A DNA stretch of 64,000 nucleotides from Candidatus Magasanikiibacteriota bacterium (GTDB lineage: Bacteria; Patescibacteriota; Patescibacteriia; Magasanikbacterales; GWA2-37-8), in the NCBI GenBank assembly GCA_016182085.1, contig JACOYB010000004.1, positions 75,976 through 139,975 on the forward strand. The letters run 5' to 3'. Each line of letters begins with the position of its first letter. Position 1 is the first letter of the stretch. Under the pieces are notes generated by a model, which saw only the letters and a program-made list of their open reading frames with translations, searched no databases and was not told where the DNA came from. Shown piece after piece: positions 8,986-16,229 of this stretch. The position numbers and the translations under genes were made by a program.

Positions 8986-9570
8986 TTAATTTTGATATTT
9001 AGATAATAGGCTATCCAGATTTTTTTGCAGGTCTTCCATACTACCGTTATTATCCAAATTCTCAGCAGCATGGCTTATTACTTCGGGGATAGACATTTCG
9101 GTGGAACGTTTATGGTCTTCCATAAATTGTTCAAAAGTTTTGTTGGCATCATCCGGGTTTTCTCTTCTTTGTATTATTCTAGAGTATCTGGTGTGTGGGT
9201 CGGCAAAAATTTCTACCAAGACAAAATTTGGCAATTTGGAAAGATAAACAATATCGGCCATACGTCTTATACCTTCTACAACAATAATATTGTTAGAATC
9301 AGCGGCCGCATCTCCGGCAATAGTTTTGGCCATTATATCTTCGCCAAAAGTAGCGCGGATAGCTTCGGACATTTTGATTAAATTATCGCGGTTATGTTCT
9401 AGATGAATACGATCAAGCAAATCCCGCAAAATGGTAGAGAACCGATAAGTAGTGGCGCCATATTTTTGTTGGTAATAAGCAGCCACTGTACCTTTACCGC
9501 TGGCCATGAGGCCGGTAAAACCTAAAATTACTTTGCTATTGGTTTGCATAAGCTTCAACTTTATCTTCAA
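8986..9570 (-). CDS. P-loop nucleotide/nucleoside monophosphate kinase-like protein
   Basis: Walker A GFTGLMASGKGT near the N-terminus, ~190 aa. Resembles dNMP-kinase/CoaE-like small kinases. Exact start (M1 or M8) uncertain. Confidence 0.5.
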   Translation of the reverse strand: MKIKLKLMQTNSKVILGFTGLMASGKGTVAAYYQQKYGATTYRFSTILRDLLDRIHLEHNRDNLIKMSEAIRATFGEDIMAKTIAGDAAADSNNIIVVEGIRRMADIVYLSKLPNFVLVEIFADPHTRYSRIIQRRENPDDANKTFEQFMEDHKRSTEMSIPEVISHAAENLDNNGSMEDLQKNLDSLLSKYQN

Positions 9571-10045
9571 AATAATCTAATTCTATTCCAACTTGCCTAA
9601 ACATCTCTTCGCTTTCGGAACCGGCGTGGTATCTTTTTTCGCACACGACTCTTTTCACACTGGCGTTAATTATCATTTTGGCGCATACGGCACACGGAGT
9701 CATGCGGCAATAAACGGTAGCGCCATCAATCGGCACACCCAGCTTGGCAGCTTGTACGATAGCATTTTGTTCGGCATGAGCTGTGCGTACGCAATGTTGG
9801 CTTTGGTGTCCGTCTTCGTGAGTAACCGTTTTCATTTGGTGCCCAATTTCATCGCAGTGAGCCATGCCTTTGGGGGCGCCAGCGTAGCCGGTAACCAAAA
9901 TTTGTCTATCTTTGGCAATTACCGAACCAACTCGGCCTCGGTCGCAAGTAGCGCGTTTGGCTACCGCCCGACAGACTTCCATAAAGTATTCGTCCCAGGT
10001 AGGGCGAACGTAGGGCTGGTTAGAAGTTTCTTCTGACATACACAT
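9536..10045 (-). CDS. dCMP deaminase (cytidine/deoxycytidylate deaminase zinc-binding family)
   Basis: HAEQNAI...PCAVCAKMII zinc-binding motifs. 169 aa. Confidence 0.85.
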   Translation of the reverse strand: MCMSEETSNQPYVRPTWDEYFMEVCRAVAKRATCDRGRVGSVIAKDRQILVTGYAGAPKGMAHCDEIGHQMKTVTHEDGHQSQHCVRTAHAEQNAIVQAAKLGVPIDGATVYCRMTPCAVCAKMIINASVKRVVCEKRYHAGSESEEMFRQVGIELDYFEDKVEAYANQ

Positions 10046-10113
10046 TTATTGCACATGAATTATTAATCCAGTTTAGCAACAAATAAATAGGCTGGCAAAT
10101 GATGTTTGCCGGA

Positions 10114-11133
10114 TTAAAGTCCGTGAGATTTTTTGTACTTTTCCGCCTCCAAAATTATTTTTCTGGCGACCGATAATGTATAAGCCGGACGAGTACCCAG
10201 CGCGGTTTCGTTGCACAACATAATACCGTCGGCGCCATCAAGCACGATGTTGGTAAGGTCGGAAATATCCGAACGCAGAGGAATATAATTGTAAATCGTG
10301 CCTTCTAGAATTTGAGAAGAAATAATGACCGGTTTTTTATATTTTTTAATAGTTTTAATCGCATCTTTTTGGAAAATTCCCAATCGTTCAAATGGCATAT
10401 CCAGACCCAGCTTGCCGCGGTTGAGCAGAACCAAATCATAAAAATCATCTTGGCAAATGGCTTCTAAATTTTCTTTGGCCAACCGGCTTTCAATGCGAGC
10501 GATAATTTTTGGCCGCCAGCTAAAGTTGGATAACTGTTTGATTTTTTCGTTTACCGCCGGACTGATAAACGGAATGGCTACATATTCGGGAGAAATTTCT
10601 TCCAGCTTGGCCAGGACTTCCTGGCAGCGGTTTATATAGGCTTCGTTTTCGGTATTTTGCGCAATATGAATGCTGAGTGTTGACTGTAAAATGCCCTCGT
10701 TTAAAGCCTTAACTTTTACGGTTTTATCATTGATAATTTCGGTTATTTGTAAGGCGATTTTTCCGTGGTCAATGCTGGTAATTTGGTTGATATACACCTG
10801 GTTGCCAAGTTCGGGAATATGCACATATACATGATCATCAACCATAGGCTGGTCATGATACGCGGAGTGTAAAATAAGCTCTTCATTTTCCATAACCGTG
10901 CGTGGCTGAAGTGGCCCGGCCAGGCGAATTTGGTTGGAAGGAAGGTTGACAATAATTTTGGCCGAAGAATTTAGTTCATCAATTACTTTCATGCCGATTT
11001 TAATGCGGTCTATGGTATTTTCAGTCGGGCCATACGAAAAACTGTACCGCAAGGCATCTGCTCCGGCCAAAATAATTTTTCTGATTTTATCTTCGGAAAA
11101 GTTATTGATGCCAACGGTAGCAATAATGAACAT
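10114..11133 (-). CDS. pyk: pyruvate kinase, short form lacking C-terminal regulatory domain
   Basis: IIATVGINNFSEDKIRKIILAGADALRYSFSYG and NRGKLGLDMPFERLGIFQKDAIKTIKKYKKPVIISSQILEGT...LDGADGIMLCNETALG align with the pyruvate kinase barrel and active-site regions. Confidence 0.72.
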   Translation of the reverse strand: MFIIATVGINNFSEDKIRKIILAGADALRYSFSYGPTENTIDRIKIGMKVIDELNSSAKIIVNLPSNQIRLAGPLQPRTVMENEELILHSAYHDQPMVDDHVYVHIPELGNQVYINQITSIDHGKIALQITEIINDKTVKVKALNEGILQSTLSIHIAQNTENEAYINRCQEVLAKLEEISPEYVAIPFISPAVNEKIKQLSNFSWRPKIIARIESRLAKENLEAICQDDFYDLVLLNRGKLGLDMPFERLGIFQKDAIKTIKKYKKPVIISSQILEGTIYNYIPLRSDISDLTNIVLDGADGIMLCNETALGTRPAYTLSVARKIILEAEKYKKSHGL

Positions 11134-11149
11134 ATAGTATATTTTATTT

Positions 11150-11287
11150 TGTCATTCCCGCCGAAGCGGGAATCTAGTATCCGGTTGGGGTTGTCTCTGG
11201 ATTCCCGCTTCGGCGGGAATGACAGGTGTAGATCCCTCCGCTGTGGTCGGGATGACAATGAAACAATCCCGCTTGTGGCGGGACTGC
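11150..11287. repeat. palindromic hairpin-pair repeat element, copy A1 (two units)
   Basis: tgtcattcccgccgaagcgggaatc...gattcccgcttcggcgggaatgaca, then agatccctccgc...ggtcgggatgacaatg plus hairpin tcccgcttgtggcggga. Same family as 30902, 32057, 36567, 45190 and 45780. Confidence 0.85.
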
Positions 11288-11294
11288 ATTATTT

Positions 11295-11969
11295 TTAGGC
11301 GCTAATTTTTATGGAAGGACCCATGGCAGAGCAGACAGTTACGTTTTTCAGGAATGTTCCTTTGGCTGTGGCCGGTTTGGCTTTGCGCAACGCGTCCAAG
11401 AGCACACCGATATTTTCTTTTAATTTTTGTTCACCGAAACTGATCTTGCCTACGGCTTGGTGGACATTGCCACCGTCGTCATTTTTGAAAGTTACCTTAC
11501 CGGTTTTTAGATCGGCGATCATTTTTTTAAGATTGGTGCCAACGGTATCGCTTTTTGGGTTAGGCATCAAACCTTTTGGACCCAAGACTCTGGCGACTCC
11601 GGCTAGTTTAGGCATCATGTCCGGAGTAGTTACGGCCACTTCAAATGCAATTTTACCGGTATCTTTTATTTTTTTGATTTCTTCTTCTCCGTATACGAAA
11701 TCGGCTCCGGCTTCTTTTGCTTCCTTTTCTTTTTCTGGAGAAACGAAGGCGGCTACGGTTTTGGTTTTACCCGTACCGTGCGGCAACACAATAGTTGCGC
11801 GAACTTGCTGTTCGGTCTTTTTTGTATTGATGCCCAAATTGGCATGCAATTCCACGGTGGCGTCAAATTTTACGCCGGAAGTTTCCGCGAGTAGTTTTAC
11901 GGCCTCATCCAAGGAATAGACTTTATTTTTTTCTACCTTGGCGCTGCTCGCTGCCATTCTTTTTGACAT
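11295..11969 (-). CDS. rplA: 50S ribosomal protein L1
   Basis: 224 aa. MSKRMAASSAKVEKNKVYSLDEAVKLL...GKISFGEQKL typical of L1. It is not adjacent to rplK here. Confidence 0.93.
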   Translation of the reverse strand: MSKRMAASSAKVEKNKVYSLDEAVKLLAETSGVKFDATVELHANLGINTKKTEQQVRATIVLPHGTGKTKTVAAFVSPEKEKEAKEAGADFVYGEEEIKKIKDTGKIAFEVAVTTPDMMPKLAGVARVLGPKGLMPNPKSDTVGTNLKKMIADLKTGKVTFKNDDGGNVHQAVGKISFGEQKLKENIGVLLDALRKAKPATAKGTFLKNVTVCSAMGPSIKISA

Positions 11970-12028
11970 ATTTTTAAATTGTTAGTGGTGCAAACCCCGA
12001 GGTGTCCCAGGTCCCACTTAATGGGGTG

Positions 12029-12057
12029 AGTATATAGGAAGAGAGTGGTTTTGTCAA
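12029..12057 (-). promoter_or_regulatory. sigma70-like promoter for rplA (TTGACA-17-TATACT on minus strand)
   Basis: Reverse complement of 12029-12057 reads TTGACA, a 17-nt spacer, then TATACT, ~60 nt upstream of the rplA ATG. Confidence 0.5.
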
Positions 12058-12073
12058 TAAGAAAGAGGGGAGT

Positions 12074-12102
12074 TTGACAAATGGCTAATCTTAGTGTATA
12101 GT
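12074..12102 (+). promoter_or_regulatory. sigma70-like promoter (TTGACA-17-TATAGT), divergent from the rplA promoter
   Basis: TTGACA at 12074-12079, 17-nt spacer, TATAGT at 12097-12102. Drives the 12168 small ORF. Confidence 0.55.
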
Positions 12103-12167
12103 ATAGCCTTTCGTGAAATTGGCCAACCCCTGGCCACGGTGCAACTGGCAAGTTTTCGGGGGAAAAC

Positions 12168-12422
12168 TTGCTTAAAACGGAGCACGTACTCTTGGAAGAT
12201 CTTGAAATTGAAACCTGGGTTCCTGATATCCTTAGCGAGGTACAGTGTCCCAATCCAAATTGCGGCGGGCGGGCGGAAGAAGTGGCCGAGAATATTATCT
12301 GGTGCGCCAAGTGCCAGAAGCACTACCCGCCCCCACCCTCAATTGCGGTTGGTTTGAAAGAGCTGATGGCGATCACTCAAGCTCAGGACTGCAGCCGAAT
12401 TCCGCCGCAACTGGCTGAATGA
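12168..12422 (+). CDS. small zinc-ribbon protein (CxxC...CxxC), hypothetical
   Basis: 84 aa with CPNPNC and CAKC pairs downstream of a consensus promoter. Sits in a GC-richer accessory block. Confidence 0.45.
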   Translation: MLKTEHVLLEDLEIETWVPDILSEVQCPNPNCGGRAEEVAENIIWCAKCQKHYPPPPSIAVGLKELMAITQAQDCSRIPPQLAE

Positions 12423-12513
12423 AGCCCGGGCAATCCGCGAAAGAAGTTTTTTCGCCGTCGTCCTAGCTTTATAAAAATAACTTTTGTTTTTATAAAACTG
12501 GCGGCGAATTTCT

Positions 12514-12566
12514 TCTCAAAAAATAATTTTTACAAAACGCCGTTTTTATAAACGGTGTTTTGTTTT
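12514..12566 (+). repeat. terminator-like hairpin module, copy 1 (direct repeat with 13055-13100)
   Basis: aataatttttacaaaacgccgtttttataaacggtgttttgtttt repeated almost exactly ~540 bp downstream. Each copy is followed by a TTGAC(A/T)-17-(TACGAT/TTTAAT) promoter. Confidence 0.6.
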
Positions 12567-12626
12567 TTAAGTTTGACAAAACAGTGAACTCTGATACGAT
12601 AAAATTAAGTTGTAGGGGGTTGTTCC

Positions 12627-12938
12627 ATGAGAGTAGTAATTTCTCGGGAGAAGCTTCTGCTCGTGCGTACCGTGGAGTGTGGTCGTTACGTCATACTGCG
12701 CCAGGTGACCAGGCTAAACGGTCGGGTTCTCTCAAGGTTGAGTTTTCATCTTGGCGAGAAGTACCAAACATCTTTTTCAAAGGTGTTTACCTTGGAGCAG
12801 GCACAGGCGCTGTTCAAATCGGCAAAACTGCAATCCACACTCAACATGAGTGATAAAGAAGTAGAAGGCTTGTATCAACAACTGGGGGAGTTGTTCCCAG
12901 ATCCAGCGTCGTATTTGACGCAAGCTGGATCTAACTAG
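12627..12938 (+). CDS. hypothetical protein
   Basis: 103-aa ORF downstream of the first repeat/promoter module. No motif recognised. Confidence 0.35.
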   Translation: MRVVISREKLLLVRTVECGRYVILRQVTRLNGRVLSRLSFHLGEKYQTSFSKVFTLEQAQALFKSAKLQSTLNMSDKEVEGLYQQLGELFPDPASYLTQAGSN

Positions 12939-13054
12939 CAGCGTATGCACAGCGCCAGCTCATAGTGGTGCGATCAAGAGCTCTCGTTATCGCATCACCT
13001 TTCTGCAAATGAAAAAGTTGTTTATAGAAAGGTGATGACGAATTCTTGATAAGA

Positions 13055-13100
13055 ATAATTTTACAAAACGCCGTTTTTATAAACGGTGTTTTGTTTTATT
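13055..13100 (+). repeat. terminator-like hairpin module, copy 2
   Basis: Near-identical copy of 12514-12566. Followed by TTGACT-17-TTTAAT and the 13155 ORF. Confidence 0.6.
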
Positions 13101-13154
13101 GACTTGTTTTAATAAATAGAATTTAATACCCATATCACCAACTGGGGGATTGAC

Positions 13155-13589
13155 ATGAGCGATTTGGTCAAAGAAAAGTGGTTCCAAGTGCTTTATGTTC
13201 TAATGTCGGTGCCTGGTTTGTGGAATAACCTGCAACGGCGGGTCATCTTCACTGCCTTCAGCACGGATCCCGAAAGGCCGCTATATGGGCGGGTGCGTAT
13301 CTACCTGATCAACTCCCTTGAACAGGTGTTGCAGGTACACGCGCAAAATAGGGATTACATATGGCTAACAGATTTTTCGCCGTATGTAGAAGAAGTGGTA
13401 AATAAAGATCGCTTTCCTCGGCATAACTGCGAAGGCTTGCCGGAAGTGGAAATGCACGAAGATACGGAATTGGGCGCCTGGGCGCTTGGTATGGTGGAAT
13501 TTCAAATGGAGCAGCAACGCAAAACTGAAAGAGAGGCCGAAGAGGCGCTGCGAAAAGTTGAACAGAGCCGCAAAAAAGCAAAGGCCTGA
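13155..13589 (+). CDS. hypothetical protein with charged C-terminal helix
   Basis: 144 aa. C-terminal EQQRKTEREAEEALRKVEQSRKKAKA. Confidence 0.42.
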   Translation: MSDLVKEKWFQVLYVLMSVPGLWNNLQRRVIFTAFSTDPERPLYGRVRIYLINSLEQVLQVHAQNRDYIWLTDFSPYVEEVVNKDRFPRHNCEGLPEVEMHEDTELGAWALGMVEFQMEQQRKTEREAEEALRKVEQSRKKAKA

Positions 13590-13830
13590 CGTCTTGATGT
13601 AGTGAATGGGGTTGTAATAAAACAACCACCTGACACTGCGTTACTACCCATAGTAAATGGATAATAACGTGGAGGATACAGGTGGTTGTTTTTTATTTAA
13701 ATTATTTTTGATTTATTTTGATACGGCGGGGAAAGCGGCGTCTGAAAAGACACCGCTTTCTGACGGCTGAATTTCGGCATCGTTCGCATTGCGAACTGTG
13801 CCAGTGGGTGTTTCAGCCTGTAGGGGAAGC

Positions 13831-14121
13831 TCAGTCCAACGGCTCGCCGCTCCTTGAACGGCGCCGCCGATCGTCGATCTGCCACGACTGCAACTGCGGG
13901 ATCTGTTCCCTGGCAGGAGCGGGCTGTGCCGGACCGGAAGAGGTCTGGCTGGTCTGCGCCGGCGGCTGGTCGGTGGAATTGTTGTCTTGGGTAGTCGAAG
14001 GATCTTGGTCGATCGAATCCCGTAGCAGCTGTTCCTCGGAATACTTGTGGTTCGGAAAATGAGTCACGGTTTCCCCCATGGTCGGTTCAAATTGGTTTGC
14101 CAGAACCGTTCTAGCAAACAC
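13831..14121 (-). CDS. hypothetical low-complexity (T/Q/P-rich) protein in GC-rich patch
   Basis: 96 aa. The plus-strand ORF 13718-14062 is a likely shadow. An upstream minus-strand TTGCAA-16-TATAGT promoter is present. Start codon uncertain (GTG or the internal ATG at MGETV). Confidence 0.3.
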   Translation of the reverse strand: MFARTVLANQFEPTMGETVTHFPNHKYSEEQLLRDSIDQDPSTTQDNNSTDQPPAQTSQTSSGPAQPAPAREQIPQLQSWQIDDRRRRSRSGEPLD

Positions 14122-14163
14122 ATTAATTTACACTATAATATTTTTATTTAATTTGCAAGTGTT

Positions 14164-14192
14164 AAAAAACACCGTTTTCGGCGGTGTTTTTT
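14164..14192. terminator. bidirectional rho-independent terminator hairpin
   Basis: aaaaaacaccgttttcggcggtgtttttt, a perfect stem flanked by A and T runs. Confidence 0.6.
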
Positions 14193-14210
14193 AATTCTAT
14201 AAAATATATC

Positions 14211-14336
14211 TTATTTGCGTTTCTTTTTCGCAGCCTTTTTTTCAAGCATTAATCTTTTTGCCGCCAATCTCTTTTTGGTTTTAGGAGAATGTCTTGATTT
14301 AGTTCTTTTTTTTAGTCCGGTAGGTCTTTTTGCCAT
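14211..14336 (-). CDS. small very basic protein (41 aa), possibly ribosome-associated
   Basis: MAKRPTGLKKRTKSRHSPKTKKRLAAKRLMLEKKAAKKKRK. Not in the ORF track (under 60 aa). Lies in an otherwise empty 250-bp gap. Confidence 0.35.
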   Translation of the reverse strand: MAKRPTGLKKRTKSRHSPKTKKRLAAKRLMLEKKAAKKKRK

Positions 14337-14439
14337 ATAAAATATTTATTTAATAATACAATTATTATACATTATTTTTTAATTTAAGCAAAGCGGTCGC
14401 GGCAGTTTATGATAATATGCAAAATTTTGCAACTGTTTT

Positions 14440-15384
14440 TTATTTTCCTTCATACGCCTCTCTAAGTTTTGCAATATCAAACTTTTTCATCGGTAAAAAT
14501 GCCTGCGTTACTCGGTTAATTTGTTCGGGCGTGCCATTTTGCATCATCTCGTCCATAGCCGAGGGGACGATCTGCCAGGAAACGCCATATTTGTCTTTGA
14601 GCCAGCCGCACTGCTCGGATTTGGGCACAGCCGAAAGTTTTTCCCAATAGTAATCAATTTCTTCTTGGGTATCACAATGTACGATAAATGAAACCGCTTC
14701 GTTAAATACAAACTTGTGCATGGCGCTGCTTCCATCCATTGCCGCAAACCACTGACCCTCAAGCTGAAAATCGGTAAGCATGATCGCGCCTTCTTTGTTT
14801 GATTCCCCGCCCGCATCGCTACGGGAAGCATTGTGGGCAGGCATGCCAGCGGGATAGCGGGCAATTTGTCCGCGCTTTGTATTTTTGAATACGGAGAGAT
14901 AAAAATTTGTCGCTTCCTCTGCTTTGTCGCCTATATCGGTAACAAAAAGTAATGATGGAATAATGGGCGGTCGTCTTTCGCCTTCTGGATTAGTAAGAAT
15001 CAACTGCCAATCCAAACCGTATTTATCGCTCACCCAGCCATATTTTTCAGCGAATGGGTATTTCTGGAATTCCATCCGTACGTTTCCGCCATCGGAAAGT
15101 TTATCCCACAGTTCACCGATTCTCTTGCGCGCCTCTGTATCCTGCGAAGGATCAAAATTAACCATGAGGGAAATTGATGGGTTGAATTTAAAGAACGGTC
15201 CGGCGCTGATGGCTATAAACGAATACCCCCAGAGTTTAAATGATACTATATCGCAGTCACCGGATGGCGTGTCGCGGATTGTTTTTACATTCGTAATTTT
15301 TGAATCCGGGAACAGCGAGGTATAAAATTCGGCAGCCTCTTTGGCTTCTTTGTCGTACCATAAATGCGGAATAATTTTTTGCAT
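14440..15384 (-). CDS. tandem VOC-superfamily (glyoxalase/PhnB-like) domain protein
   Basis: Two repeated halves, each with IIPHLWYD / W..DKYGV.WQI-type motifs seen in PhnB-like proteins. Confidence 0.65.
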   Translation of the reverse strand: MQKIIPHLWYDKEAKEAAEFYTSLFPDSKITNVKTIRDTPSGDCDIVSFKLWGYSFIAISAGPFFKFNPSISLMVNFDPSQDTEARKRIGELWDKLSDGGNVRMEFQKYPFAEKYGWVSDKYGLDWQLILTNPEGERRPPIIPSLLFVTDIGDKAEEATNFYLSVFKNTKRGQIARYPAGMPAHNASRSDAGGESNKEGAIMLTDFQLEGQWFAAMDGSSAMHKFVFNEAVSFIVHCDTQEEIDYYWEKLSAVPKSEQCGWLKDKYGVSWQIVPSAMDEMMQNGTPEQINRVTQAFLPMKKFDIAKLREAYEGK

Positions 15385-15546
15385 AGTATTATGGTTAATT
15401 TATAACGCGCAGGTGGCTGCGATTAAGAAATTATACATCTGATGCTGGGGCAGGTAAAGGCAAATTTTTGGTAAAAATATAGAATACCCATTTGGGTATC
15501 CTATGATGTATCGGTTTCGTTCCGGTGGTAAGGTAAATCAGTTTGC

Positions 15547-15999
15547 TTATGCATTATGGTCTTTACCTCCGCCAAAGAAAAAGAGCGGCAGGTTTACGCC
15601 GAAATTACGCATAGTTTTGCTGCTATAATATAGGGCTATAAAAAATACTATGGCGAGTATTTGGTTAATGGTAAAAAATCGCCAAGAAATAGTAAATGGA
15701 GTTGAGGCAAGATAGTAAGAAATTGCTTCATATTGAAAAAGACCATAGCCCAGCGCGGCAATAATGGTGTTGATGCGGGTTACCCATTTTTTGTTTGGAC
15801 TTTGCAGCCCTGCCAAAAGAGCCATAATCATAATGGCTGCTATGGAAATAATAAAGGGAATGCCGATAAGTTCGGTGAAAAAAGGCAGAACGCTTATCAT
15901 CAGAATCCCCGCGCCCAAAAATAATTCACGCACGATATCTCCATAATAATGGGGAGGCGGAACGGATGGGGAGGATGTTTTTATAATCATATTATTCAA
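15547..15999 (-). CDS. membrane protein, hypothetical
   Basis: 150 aa with four predicted TM helices. Confidence 0.5.
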   Translation of the reverse strand: MNNMIIKTSSPSVPPPHYYGDIVRELFLGAGILMISVLPFFTELIGIPFIISIAAIMIMALLAGLQSPNKKWVTRINTIIAALGYGLFQYEAISYYLASTPFTISWRFFTINQILAIVFFIALYYSSKTMRNFGVNLPLFFFGGGKDHNA

Positions 16000-16011
16000 A
16001 ATTAAGGTAAA

Positions 16012-16131
16012 AAGAAGATGAAGTAGGCAATGCCGATCATTACGCCAATGATAAGCACAATACCAAAAACAGTATCCTTTGTCCCCGGAGATTGCAGAAG
16101 AGGATGTTGGACATTTGCCATATGTTTAAAG
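16012..16131 (-). CDS. possible 39-aa small membrane protein
   Basis: MANVQHPLLQSPGTKDTVFGIVLIIGVMIGIAYFIFFLP with one TM helix. Not in the ORF track. Confidence 0.2.
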
Positions 16132-16229
16132 TTAATGAATTAATGTGATTACGGCAGATTTGCACCCTTCTATAATTAATAGGTTAAAACCAAAAAAAGG
16201 TGTCAAAGACACCCCTATAGCTCTATTTG

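Noticed and set aside
11311-11919. 202-aa plus-strand ORF overlapping rplA
   Set aside because: Antisense to the clearly recognisable L1 gene. Low-complexity composition.
13718-14062. 114-aa plus-strand ORF in the GC-rich patch
   Set aside because: Arg-rich out-of-frame pattern of a GC-rich segment. The minus-strand frame with T/Q/P low complexity and an upstream promoter is preferred, though neither is certain.
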